A DNA stretch of 64,000 bases, taken from Bugula neritina (lineage: Eukaryota; Animalia; Bryozoa). Numbering within the stretch: position 1 is the stretch's first letter; the number at the start of each line of letters is the position of its first letter. A program made the position numbers and the translations under genes. The notes beneath the pieces were generated by a model, which saw nothing but the letters and a program-made list of their open reading frames with translations, was not told the DNA's origin and ran no database searches. Location of the stretch: the NCBI GenBank assembly GCA_964035545.1, contig OZ037768.1, forward strand, positions 7,410,741 through 7,474,740, read 5' to 3'. Positions 25,873 through 39,800 of the stretch are shown in pieces.

Positions 25873-28800
25873 TTATGGTAAAACAAATGATGATAATATA
25901 ACAACTTTCATCGCAGTTATATTTACAATCCATATATTACAATTTTAGCTATAGTTTTATTGTTCGGATCAAACTTATTAAGCAGTATAATTTAATGATT
26001 CAATCCTTCAATGATTTAATTTTATGATTTAAATCAAAATTAGTGGTTATCAAAATGAGTATGTAAATAATAATATAAATATGAATATCAAATTAAAAAA
26101 ACTAAGACAATATTGATTTCGAAATCAACATAAATAACTACAACTATTACATACTATAACTTAAAGTTAAACTACAAGTATTAGTAAACGACTAAGTAGC
26201 AGTACAAGTACAACTACAAGTAATTATGTCTATAAGTAGAACCGAAAGTCAATATAAATATGAACACCACCATAACATTAACCCAATCAGTATCCATATG
26301 ACTATGAGTATAAGTATAAGCAAAACTGTAATTTTAAAAGAGGCCCGTACCGGTACTGCCCGTACACAGTCATGACTCACGAGTGACTACAGTTTACACA
26401 CTCACACTCAGTGCGAGTCTCACAAACTCAGAGCAGAAAATCTTTGAAAAATATCAATTATTTTTACTCGAGAACTGGCCTTTTCAACGTGATATGGCCG
26501 TAGACAATATGAAATATTAATAATAATAATACTTTATTAATACTAATAGTAATACTAATATTAATAGCCATAGTCATAGTCATAGTGAAATTGTACCAAA
26601 CTGAAACAAATTTACAATTTAAATTACATTTCAACTTTCAAGTATAAGTATCAGCATGAGTATGACTATGACTATGAGTATCAGTATGAGTATTACTATT
26701 TCTATTTGTAATATAATTATAAATAAAATTAAAAATAACTATAAGTAATTTACTAACTATGATAATGATAATAATAATAATAATGATAATGATTAAGTGA
26801 TAATGTACGAAATTCATATAATGATTTACTCATTTAACCAAAACTGCAAACAAATATTTGCAATCTTTAACTGTTCAAATATCTGCACGGGCATATAATA
26901 CTGAAAGTAGTAATAGAGGTAGACTCAGACTTATGCGTGGTAACTCATTAAAGTAAAAGTCATTATCATTAAATTTAATGATTATGATAACTCAATGTGA
27001 ACATGAATAATTTCATCTCTACAATTTAATACAGCTGTATTAAATTTCGACGCTATAATAAATTGGTGAACCGAAGATCCAGCAAGATATTTGGACAATT
27101 GAAAAACCTATAGCCCTATACATAATGTTACTCGCAAATGCTTATAATTGTTTTAGGAATTGGAGCTACAATTTTAATCTTAAATCGTATAAGCACAAAA
27201 TACATACTTGCAAAAAAAGTAAAACAAACAAAAAATTAAAATAAATAATTTTATAATATTTAATTTTTTAAACAAAAAAAAATTTTGAAATAGAAAAAAA
27301 AATTATTATTAGGAAGAAGTTATTTTAGAGCTTTTTTTCATTGCTAAGTAGGTCATGGCTGCCAAGCAAATTATATGCGTTTTTCTTCTTTGCCAAATTA
27401 TTTATGTAATTTCACAACAAATAGGAAGCGATGGTAGGTTTTATTTTATATTTTGATGAACCACTAACATAAAGTTGTTCAAGAAATCTTTAGTTGGATG
27501 AATGTAACAAATTTGTATCGCAGCAAGTGCAATCACAATGACAATGACTATACCAACACAGTCTGAGCCTTAGAGTTAGACTCAGATTGAGACTGAGTGA
27601 GTCACAGTGAGTGTGACACTGACAGTGTGAGACTGAGAGTGAGTGACTGAGAGTGAGTGACTGTAAGACTGAATGCGAGCTTCAGTTTCAGCATAGGTTG
27701 TCGTTGGTATTCCCTCGGCCTCTCACTCTCGAGTCTCGAGCTAAGTTTTAGTTCAATTTTCACTTCGATAATGAATATGATTATGATTATCAACGGATAA
27801 CTATAATACTAATACTAATAGTAATAGTTATACATATAGCAATATTAATAGTAATAGTGTCATAATTATCTAAGACTAATACTTACAATAATATATGGGT
27901 ATAGGTAACCGTAAGGCCAAATGCAGTGACAAGTACTAGTAGTGAAGTCGTTGAACTTGAAGTACTTACTCGAAGTCGGATAATAATGATTAAAAAAGTA
28001 CTTGCTCTGTGACTGTCTTCATCTTTAAATTTTCATTTTGCTTCTGCTTCAAATTGTATGAGTTGCGACTAGAAGTTGATTATCAGGCCAAAATGTTCAC
28101 ATGAGTTCCACAAAATGAGCTCGAGTAACTGCAAATTACGATAGCAAGGCGTTAACACACTCACAGAGACTTAGATTTCTCTTGCTGTTATAAAAAATAG
28201 AATTAGCATCAACCTTTGAGTTACTAGGCGGTCATTAGTCACACTCTATTTTTATAATGTCAGGTTTTTGTGTTGATTTTAAATGAATGTAGGCTTGTTT
28301 AATTTTAAATATATCAAGTTGATGAAGGTTATTTTATGTATTTGAAGTAGGGAAAATTGACATAGGAGCTCCAATATGTGAAGGTTATAAATCGCATAAT
28401 TTGTTTTAATAGATGCCATATTTAAGTGATGCAGTTGTTGGGATGCATTAGGCAACTAAGTCTGTTGTATAATTATTTTGAAAGTTTCTAGATTTTATTA
28501 ACATGCTTTAATAACACGCTATCAAAATAAATATAGGTACCCATTTTTAATTGGCTCTTAGTTTGATATCCAAATAGAAAATGAAAAACCTCGCTTCAAA
28601 TATTGATTTAATGTTGTTGAATAAATAGTAAATATTAAATAGATAGAATTTGTAAGCTAATAGGTATTTTAAAGGCAATGGTTGTTATAAGATTTAACAT
28701 GTTACACTTTTGATTTAATAAAAATGTAATAACAGTGTTGGCATTGATATTATTATAATACTAATATTAATAAAAGGCTAGCCTATATTAATACTATCTC

Positions 28801-29024
28801 TACTATGTCTGTTATTGTAAATGTAACTGATTCTCATAATTATGAATCAGTAATATTACGTTAATATTGGCTGGATGCAATTTTTATTTTCAATGAGAAT
28901 TTTTTTAAATTTGGTTCGTTGGTTTGGTTTTTAATATCTTGATTTTATGCGATTAGTTTATATTCAAACACTTGTGATACATTTCGCACAGATATGACAA
29001 AGTATTTGTGTTCATAAATTTCAG

Positions 29025-32000
29025 AACAGTGCGTTGAAAGTGAGGCTTTTGGCGTATCCAAGTTACCTGGTGCTAAAGGTTACCTCCCTGATGATCAAAT
29101 AACGGCTTCTAGCTCAACCAACAAGCGTGAAGGGTTCAAAGGGAGGCTTTTCCATGATAGTGGTATGATATTAGGATACCAATGCTCATTTCGATTTTTA
29201 TCATTATGCATTTATATTGTGCTTTATAGTTGCATTTTAGAATAAATATAATGAGTGTTGTTAATTCAAGCTAATTAATTTTGTGTATAAAGATAAGACA
29301 TGTTGTTGTAGTATGGCAGGCAGCATCTAACAATTATAATCAATACTTACAAGTGAATTTGGGACGCCGTCGTCTCATTACACGAGTCGCCACTCAGGGA
29401 TATCGCGGTAGTGGTCAGTATGTGATGGACTATCATATTAGTTACAGCAACGATGAGTCTACGTTCACACCAGTCGTTAATGAGCTCGGGGAGAGAAAAG
29501 TAAGTGCACTTATAACCTATTTTAATTATGCATATGATATATTGTCTAATTTTAATTATAATTAGGTGCAATTTGTGAAATTGAAATTAATTTTAAATGC
29601 ATAGTAGTTTCACTTTCCTATACAATTCAGTAAAAACGCAGCATACCTTCTTCTTTGCAGGAGTTCCCAGGGAATACTCATGATGATAAACCACAATTCA
29701 ACACGTTTGAATATCCAATTGTTGCACAATACGTTCGTTTTATTCCGCTGAGATGGACTATCAATATAGCAATGAGAGTGGAGCTTTATGGCTGTGACTA
29801 TGGTAGGTAATTCTTGTTCATAATATTACTTTTCGAGTATGTTTTGTAGTTGTATGATGATGTTGCTCTAAAGGCCTGTAACTTAAACAAACATTTCATA
29901 TTTTAGATGGAAAAGCCGCATACTTTGATGGGTTTTCAAGAATATCATTCAATGCCCACATTCCCAATACTCTATATACCACAACTGATGTGCTCAGATT
30001 CAGGATGAAGACAAATCAAGATGAAGGATTACTCTTCTATGCCAGTGGTAACCAGGGTGACTACATCTGCATTGAGCTCTACCAGGGACGACTCTATGCC
30101 GCCCTTAATCTTGGTATGTAAAGCTAGAGATGAACATTAGGTTAATACTTCATTATTCAATGTTGCTTTGTAAGCTTGAAAATTTGCCAGAAGTAAAGCC
30201 AAACTTCACTCAATCTAAATTTGAGTTTCGCAATGTTTTTTTTATAATTTGTAATCACTAATTGTTTTACGTTATGTATTGAATAACATTTATTTTCATA
30301 TTTCTTTGTGAAATGTAAATGTTGGAGTTGTTGTGCAGGTTCAATAGACGGGAGTGACTCGTCTGTCAGAGGGGTGGTCGGCAGTTTGTTGGACGACAAT
30401 CAGTGGCACGACGTTGAGTTCCTCAGGCAGGATAAGAATGTCACTGTCAGCGTAGACAGGGTTCCCATAAACATCACGGTGCACGGGGAATACTCTCGTC
30501 TAGATCTAGATAGATATGTAAGAATCTCTGCTAGATTTGCTGTTTTCTTTGGTGTTTCTGCCAGTGGGTTCATTTCCTATTTGTTTTAAAATTTGTTTTT
30601 TTTAGCTATATGTTGGAGGTGTGAATACATTTTATCAAAGTGGTATCACTGTTCGAAAGAATTTCATTGGATGTGTCGAGAATTTTATATGGAATGGGAT
30701 TCACATGACGAGAGACAAAGATCTGCCCAGGTTTTCAGTGGTTGGCCAGGTTGAGGACACTTGTAGGGTAGGTTTGCCATACTCCATTAGCTCATAAGCA
30801 TCTGCTTGTATCAACTTATTGTATCTAGAGAAATCGAATAATTTGAAATCTTAGCAACTGTTTCACCATTTTTTTGTTTTCATCATTTTACTGTGTTATA
30901 GTTTCTCTATAAGCTTTGTTAATTGTTATATTTATGTCCATGTATTGTTGTATTTATCTATATGTATTGTTATATTTATCTACTTGTGGATATGTATTGC
31001 AGACTGGATCATATGCAATGCCGTTGACTTTTCCCTCTACTTCCTCCTACATGACCATCAGTGATGCCAGCAGCATCAAAGACAACCTTCACATTAAGTT
31101 AGAGTTCCGTGCCTATGATAACGACAAGTTACTCGTGTCCACTAAGTTGACAGACTCAGGGTACTTCTACCTCCGTATCAGTCCGGACGGTTACATTGAG
31201 TTTGAGCTGAAGCCATCTACTAATAAGTACATTATAAAGGAGATAGCTAAAGGAGGTGAGCTGGAGAGTTGTGAAGCAATTTTTCATCCTGAATTTATAA
31301 TCGGCACAATTGCAAACATCACTTTTCAATTGGGTTACGAAAAAGCTTAATGCCTTGAGCGAAGTGATATTGCAGGGATGTTTTCACTATGTACGGCTGA
31401 TTTCTTAACCACTACATTTATACATAGCTGTCCTCAGGCCAGAGAATGTAAGTGCTAACTCTTCATTTTACTGAGCAACTATTCAAGAAATCAACTGTTG
31501 GATGTTTTGTAGACAAGGGTGACGGCTCCTATACAGACGGCTTGTGGCACCAGCTGGATTTTCACGCAACTGCTAACAAAATCACTCTGGTGATTGACGA
31601 CAAGACATTTATTACTTCTAGAATATTGACTTTCACTACATCCAGCAAGTTCTCTGTAGGAGGTCAGAACTCTTCATATCTTCAGTTTCTACAGTTAACA
31701 ATCTTTACATTTACTAGTATAGGAAATCAGCACATCATGTTTAGCTCAGTGTTATAGTCATACATTTTAGCTTCATGTATTGCTGTTGTTACAGTTAACA
31801 TTCTCTATTGAGCTAGATTGTGTTTTGTTACTGTTAGCTCATCTGTAAGATAGCATAATGGGAATAGTCTATGATGTGGTGTTCTGTGTACTTAGATATA
31901 CTATAATGTACTCTGATTTCAGTGAAGGTTGTATGATGGAGTATTTATTATGTGAATTACAGGAGGAGAAACTGATCAGTCGGGTTTTGTCGGATGCTTA

Positions 32001-35000
32001 AGGAATGTATTCATACAATTTGAAAGTTTGGAAGAAGGAGCGATAATGTGTAGCCGCGCGTCTTGCTATGGTGTGCTGGAAGATACGTGTCAAATGGAAG
32101 ACCGGTGTGTTTAGTGCTACCCCACCCCCCCCCCCCACCCATATATTAGTGCATTTTTCTAGTTCTTATTTGAATGATAAATAAATTCTGTATGCATTTA
32201 TGTATTTGTGCATTATGAGAGCATTGCAGTATTTGGCACTAGTACTTAATTTGAGTTTCATCATATAATATATATTCCGTGGTGTATCGTTGTAGATGCA
32301 GTCCAAACCCGTGTGAGCACAACACCCACTGTCAGCAGACATTCAGCACATTTACCTGTACGTGCGGCGACAGCGGATATGTCGGGGCTACTTGTCATCA
32401 ATGTATGTATTACGGATAGTTTTTATATAATACTTTGATGGTGGTTTAAACATTTTTGATATGACACCTTAATCTTTTATATTTCACTGTTTACTTGTGT
32501 TTTGTTATATGTTATGTACTTCACTTGCACTTTCTGCTAAGCATAGTATAGGCTAAGAGTTTGAAATGCATTGCTTCTTGAGATGAAACATTTTTCTCTG
32601 ATTTGTAGCTATGCACCCAAATTCCTGCTCCAGGGTATTTGAACTGGTAGAAGACTCTGGCATTATTGAAGAAACTATTGATATTGACGGTGCCGGTGCT
32701 TTGCAGCCTTTTCCTGTGAAATGTTTCAAAAATCGTAAGTTGATCAATGTACAATAAAATGACTGAATATAAAGAATTACTACCAGAATAGATTGCATTC
32801 AGAATTTCTGAGTATTTTTTGATGAAAATTGATTGATGGAATAAGGAGTTTAATTGTGAGAGTATTATATTATGCCGTCATTGCAGCTGACAATAACTTA
32901 GTAGAGACGTGGCTGTCTCACGATTTCACTCATGAGGTACTCGTCGATGGGTTTCAACCAGCTGGCTCCTACCACCAAATCATTACATATGATGCCAACC
33001 TCACTCAAATAGACCAGCTTGTACACAGAGCTGCCAAATGTAGACAGGAAATCAAGTATAGGTGCGAGAGCTCACGTCTGCTGGCCAGACCTGGTCGGAG
33101 TGGCAGTGGCAGCGGAGGTACTTCAAATGATGACGGCACTGGACAAGGTTAGAATCTACCATCCATTTATATGGCTTCAGTTTATTCTATAAGTGCTTGT
33201 TCATGGAAATAATATGCATTGACATTGTTAAAATTATGTATTTTATTGTCTAAAACTTTTTGTTACCATTAGTTATACTTAAAACAAAGCTATGCCTGCA
33301 AAGAATTTAGGCAAGTAAAATGTTTTATAAAATGAATCATTTACACCAGCATAAGACATACAATCTGCTCTGCTCACTGCTATTATGGAATCTAGTGTAC
33401 CGTGCAATTTTTACATCCTAGTAAATTGTGTTAATGAATCTAGTACTTTAGAAAAATGCTAAGTACCTGGAGTTTTCAAGATTCTTTTACTGAGGCTGTG
33501 ATTGTAGAACAAGATCAAGTTGTGCTAGCTTTTGGCTGGTGGGTCGGAAGAAATATCCAAAATAATTACTATTGGGGTGGCTCTGCCCCGGGTACCCACA
33601 AATGTGCCTGCGGACTTGAAGGTTCGTTGTTGTTTTTGTCATTTTTGTCATTTGCTTAGGAAGCTGCATGTGTCAAAATTATAGTGTCACATGATATTGA
33701 TAATCTAAGTGGTAGCCATGACCCACATTAAGTAGATTTTATTGCAGACCTTATTTCTGGTTTGGAAACAGTATGTATTTGAGAAACATGCATGTTTAAT
33801 ACATTCGGCTTGTGACCTTCAGGAAACTGCCAAGGTCAAGAACCAACTTGCAACTGCGACGCTGCCCTCCCTGAGCAAGGTATTAGCGATTCCGGTTTCC
33901 TAGAACACAAAAATCACCTGCCCGTTCTGGAGCTAAGATTTGGAGACACGGGAGCTTTGTTTGACTCAAGGAGAGGCTGGCATACTCTGGGAGAGTTAAT
34001 TTGTACCGGAGATAGTAAGTCTTCTGGTGTTTTTGTATTTATTATTTTTGTGGTTTTATTTTGGTCGCTGTAACTAGCCAGCCTGTGTCTATATTCCCAT
34101 TCTTTATCTTCAGGACTGTTTGATCAACCTGTTACATTCCGAAAAACAGACTCCATTGTGTTCTTCGATACTTTCTGGTCGCGGGAGTTATCCGACCTCA
34201 ACACTTGGGATATCAGTTTCAGATTCAAGACTACAGCGGAGAACGGAGTGATGGTCTATAGAACTGGTGATGTTGACTTTGTGGAGGTGAAGCTAGTCAG
34301 TAAGTAGCTGTATCCATGGCGATACATGCAGCATAGTTCATGTAAGCCAATCAGTAAACTAACTTTTACTTTATAAGGTTTTACAATATGCTATGGTTTT
34401 CATTGATAAAGTCATACATTTATTGGTAACACATGATTGCTATATAATCTCAAGTATTTACATGTCGATTATTATAGTAATAATTATGTCAAAACAATGG
34501 TTAAAAATATGTTGTCAATGTTTGTCTTGAACTTCTTATTTTTTGGGCTGATTAAAGTTATACATTACAATACTGTTGGAGGTTCTTTATTTATAATAGT
34601 GCTTTTCTTTCTATTTTCATTGTGAATAGTTTGTTCTGCTGTTACATAAATGGAGATATATGATATTCATTTGTTTTGCAGCTTCCACCTCCATGTCATT
34701 TCGGTTTAGTGCTGGTTACGGCGTGCAAGCAGTTACTGTGGAAACAGCATTCGAGCTTAATGATAATGACTGGCACAATGTGTATGCCGAGAGGAATAGG
34801 AAGGAGGCTCTGTTGCAAATTGACCAATTCTCACCCGTTAGTATTATACTAATTACAATATTTTACAGTTCACCTACACCATGATATATTGCATTGGAGT
34901 TATCTGTTCTTAACTGTTATGGACAAACTAGTAGTTATGGTGATTGTTAGGAGAAGCAGTTAGTTAAATAGTCTACAGGCCTATAGGCCTGGATATGTGT

Positions 35001-38000
35001 AGAGCCATACAGACTGTTTTGATTTCGTAAAATTTCACTCTAAACTAATCTTTTTCTAAATCAGAGAAAAACTGCTATCAGGGGTTTAGGATAAAATATT
35101 TGTGATATGTAGAATGATATAATAAGACCAAATTTAAGGAATATTTGCTTTCAGGCGTATAGTTGCAGTAAGTTGTTTCATTTGGAAAAAAAGCAAATTT
35201 TCTCAGACTTTTGGTCAATTACTTGTAATGGGCAGCTCAGTGTAGGAAGTAGGAAACATCTATGTATTTGCTTGAGTGAACACTGGAAGAGGTCATAATA
35301 CATCTATTTATAGATACATATTTCTTCATGTCTGCATTGCAGAGACATTTTGTTCACCATACTTAAAGTCTGGAAATGCAGTGTTTTGCTGCAGCTAAAG
35401 TAATATATTGTAATTAGAGGTGCGAAGGTTGTACCACTTTGTTAATGTTGGCAGGTTAGAGTTACACACCCTCTTGGTGTTGGTTACCTACCATTTAACT
35501 TCAATAAACCACTGATTGTTGGTGCAACTGCTGATTATAAAGATGGGTTTGTTGGCTGCATGAGCTCCTTACAGTACAACGGAGAAACTCTTGATCTCTA
35601 CGACAAAGTCGCCAATGACCCGAGGTTTTCGTATGGCATGTCCAAAGGTTTGTTTACTTCTATGCTTTTTTGGAGCATAGGCTATGTCTGAATAAGAAAA
35701 TGAATGTCATTTTTAATAGCCAAACATTCAATAATAGCTCAGATTCCTCAACACCTTTTCTGTGGCCATCAGGTGCCTAAATCTAACGGACAAGTTAGAA
35801 TTGTAAGGAAATTGTAGCAGAAAGTCATGAAACCAAACATGCTAGTTACATATGAAGTCTACATGTGATTAAAACTAGACTGTGATGAAATCAAGTACTT
35901 CTGTTTACTTTTTATTTATTGCCTAGGTTGTGTTGGCAAATGTGCAGTTAACCCCTGTTTGAATGGAGGGATATGCAAAGAGAAGTACAGCGAGTTCTTA
36001 TGTGACTGTTCATACACCCCCTTTAGAGGATTAATCTGCGGACGAGGTAAGCTATCTGCTCTATAAATGTCGATTTAAATTTTAATTACTGCTTTTTACA
36101 TTATTATATGCATTTTTGTTTATATGATTAATACTGCAGTGCTGCAAATTAAATCGCTATACATTCAATTTTTCACCTACTATACATGATGTATGCATCA
36201 CACTTTTTTTCAGAAAGCCTGCTTGACAAACTTTCTAATATTTGCTAACATTTTATAAAATATCCTTTGCTCGGTATGAACTGAATATAATATAAATAGA
36301 GTATGCTACTGCGACTTCGTCTCGACAGGTTTTTTATAGAGACTGCATTGCAAATCCCTCTACTCTATTAAGTTGCATGCTAACAACTCACACTATGAAA
36401 TTCAAAAATATTACATTCATTTAAATTTTAATCCAACACTGTTCTTGTACTAATAGTATTTATTGACTGATTTTAGAGGTCGGAACTTCTATTTATGACG
36501 GTCAAATGTTGATTTATGAACCCATTTCAACACTGAAAACTGTTAGTGAGAACATAACTATTGGATTCTTCACGAGGAAGAAGGGAGGAGTCATTCTTCA
36601 GCTGACCGATGCCTTATATGTAAGCTCAGTTGTAATATTACGTAGTCAGCGGGGTGTTGTATAAGCTGCTGACTACATAATAAGTGTACTGGCACAGGTA
36701 GTCCTCGCAAATGGCATGAAATGCTGTGCTCCTTTTGCGATTATAATAAAAGGCAACATTACATTCATTTTATTATAAATTTTGTTCAACTTTTTTGCTT
36801 TTTTAGAAAAGAAAAACTTGTCGTCAAAATTTTTATGTGTAATCTGTGCCTGTCAGTCTTTAAAATCAATTACGAAAGTTAACTTCTGTTAGAATCCCAA
36901 AGAGTACATGGTGGTCGAGCTGACCAGTGGCGGAGGTATTCGTGTCCACTTCAAGTTTGATAAAGAACGTCTGCAAATTAACACGAAGGTTGGTTTAGGT
37001 ATTGAATTCGCCAACGCCCAGCCCCATGTCGTCAACTTCCAGAGATTGAATGGCGGTAAAACCTTTCGACTGCAGGTGAGATTTTATGTTGTATTAATGA
37101 ATGTAGTTGTAAAGAAATGCAATTGCTAATTTTACGGCTTTCGATTCTTAAGGAGGGCAAGGCTACTAGAATAGTGCATTTTTTATCTGAAAAAAACCAA
37201 TGTTTGAGATTTGTGAGTAGATTAGGCAAAATACGCTCCAAAAACATGTTTACTACTTTTGTCATCCTATGTCAATGATTGGTGTGCATAGAAATTTGAT
37301 ATACAAATAGAAATTTGTTGGTACATAGGTTGATGACTACCCAGTACAAGATGAAAACTGGAAGGATTTCTTTCCAGATGGTTCTGATGTTTACCTAGAA
37401 AACATTAAATATATTCTACTTGGGAGAAATACATGTAAGTGTGGTATTCACAGCCTGTAGAATAGCAATGTGTTTGCATTACCGGTGGTTTTATTTATCT
37501 ATATGTTATACCAAGTAATCTTAGTTTGCACTTTAGTGAGATTGCAGCTCTCTTATTCTCCACTGTAATGCTTTTAACTAGTAACTACAAAATTTTGTTG
37601 ACAAATAGGTGCACACAATCAATTTCATTTCATTCAAAACACACGTTAAAGGAAATATAAATATTGGTCATGTTTATGCATTTTGTTTTACCTCCAGGTT
37701 AGCAAGCCCATTCGTTATACATGTATGTGCAGAGGTGTGCAAGTGGGTTGTGTGTGCATGTCAAGAAGGTGAACTTTTTGCAACTCTCAATCTTGCAATT
37801 TTTTGTTCAAGTGTTAGTTATAATCTTTAAAAATGACGCCAAAGGTTATATTAACATTTACTTTCATGATATGTGTATTGGATCATTGACATCAAAAAAG
37901 GTTCATATTTGTTTGTAATTTTAGCTGACGAAACATCGTTTGTCGGCTGCATATTTAGAGCGGAGTTTGACAACCATTGGCCGCTAAAGAGAATATTCCA

Positions 38001-39300
38001 AGAGCCAAGACCTAGCTTTGTTAATGTGACGCCAAATTTCGAGTCGGTGAGAGAAGAGAGATGTGGTTTTGAAGAAATACTTCCGGAGGCCGAGCCAGCA
38101 GAGATTAGGTAACATTGTCGTCTTTTTCTTGGAGCCAAATTAACAGTATCTTGAGTTTATCTACTCAGTGACATTGAATAAATTTCATAGATAGTCACGA
38201 TTTTATGTAATTGTAGACCAACGTATGAGCCACCAGTCAAGATATTTGATGACGATGTTGACCCAGCAACTACATCTCAGGGCATCAGTGCCGCTTATCT
38301 AGGAGGTGAGTGAAATTTGGCAGTGCACTAGATTGTTTGTCTAGTTTTAGCACCAAATAAATGCGTGCTATGTTACTGTTTTACAAGTTAATTTTCTGAC
38401 TGGTCAAACCAAGAAATATTTATGGGCAAATACTGACATTTAACTTTCAACCAAACCAGTAGTCACTCAAATATCAAAACGAACTGATTAAGTTAATAAC
38501 TAGAATCTTTTTTGAACGATCACAATTATTTTTTGTTTATGAAACAAGTATCTTTGAAATCACTGAGCGTTATCTATATCAAACAATAATCTTCTATAAA
38601 TAAGATGCCACCGATTGCTAGATACTGTAGTGTAGACTCCTGTCTAATTACTAATAGGTTAAATTTAGTCGATGACAAAAAGTCGGGCTAATTTTTATTT
38701 TGACACGGATCTTAAATAATAGGCAATCGTGTTGGTTTGACTGCGTAGTTTCAATGTTTACTCCATTTGACAAAAAAATCAGGTTTTTCAAATTTGATGA
38801 CTAAAACCCTTATGGATTTTATTTGTATTTTGATTAGGAAATTAATTTCAATTGGCTAAACCCAATAGAAGCAATTTTTTTTCTGGCAAATGGTTATGAC
38901 ATACAAAACAGTCAAATCCTTGAAGTCGTAGATATTGAAAAAGTTAGACTGGCAGCAATTGAAATGGCTGTTTAATGATTGCAAACTGAGCTGCTGCTGG
39001 GTTTGGCAAGATGAAAGTTTTATATTGTCGTTTTATTTTTACCTGAATAACCATTTGTTATCCTTTTCGGTTTTAGCGATCTTTGGAGCTGTTGGTATCA
39101 TATTAATATTGGTACTATCAGTAGTTATATACAAGTGCCGCCATGTTGGTGAATACCCGGATTCAGAGGAAGATGAACTGGAGATGTTAGATGCATCACC
39201 CGACGGCAAGCAAGAAGACTACGATGGTACCTATCATCCAAAAAGTATGAGAGAACGATATGAATCTAAATCACAGCCAAGTGACCAGGCATTTATATAA
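29025..39300 (+). CDS. CNTNAP: Neurexin IV / contactin-associated protein-like, ~24 exons; signal-peptide exon not securely located
   Basis: Domain order: F5/8 discoidin (YLQVNLG...[13 protein letters not shown]), LamG x2 ([15 protein letters not shown]), EGF (CSPNPC), fibrinogen-like ([22 protein letters not shown]), LamG, EGF, LamG, TM helix ([19 protein letters not shown]), RHVGEY 4.1-binding-like motif, PDZ-type end DQAFI*. Approximate exon starts: 29025, 29312, 29661, 29907, 30339, 30606, 31003, 31513, 31963, 32296, 32609, 32887, 33528, 33823, 34114, 34682, 35455, 35927, 36477, 36893, 37330, 37925, 38217, 39077. Confidence 0.9.
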
Positions 39301-39749
39301 TTTTTGTACGCGGACTATATATCTCTAGCTTTTTATTGCTTAATAAGTTGTCCATATTCACTGATATCTTGTGAATATGTTCGTAATGCATTCCGTGTCC
39401 ATGCAGCTTTTTAATCAGTCTTTATGTATTATAGTTTTTATACATTGTACATTCCAAATGTAACATTCCAAAATTACTGTGAAACATTTTTTTACAATTT
39501 TGCATTATATTCATTACAGTATTTATAAAAAAAAAATATATATATACACTAAAATTTCATATATTTTTTGCCAAAAATCAGTTGAGGCAAAAGTATGACA
39601 TCTAGTTCTAATTCTTCCATCATGTTTTTCCATTTGCTCATGAGTTTGTTATAATTATGTGGATTCAGGATTCTTGGAGCAAAAACTGGCTATAGCACCT
39701 AATATCTGCAATCAATAAAAACAACTTTGCATTACCAATCATTTCATAT

Positions 39750-39752
<3 letters not shown>

Positions 39753-39796
<44 letters not shown>
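39753..39796. repeat. (TA)n microsatellite
   Basis: Perfect TA run seen directly. Confidence 0.95.

Positions 39797-39800
<4 letters not shown>

Noticed and set aside
38399-38745. Possible old MITE (gtcaaaccaa ... ttggtttgac)
   Set aside because: Only a 10-bp inverted match and no recognisable target-site duplication.
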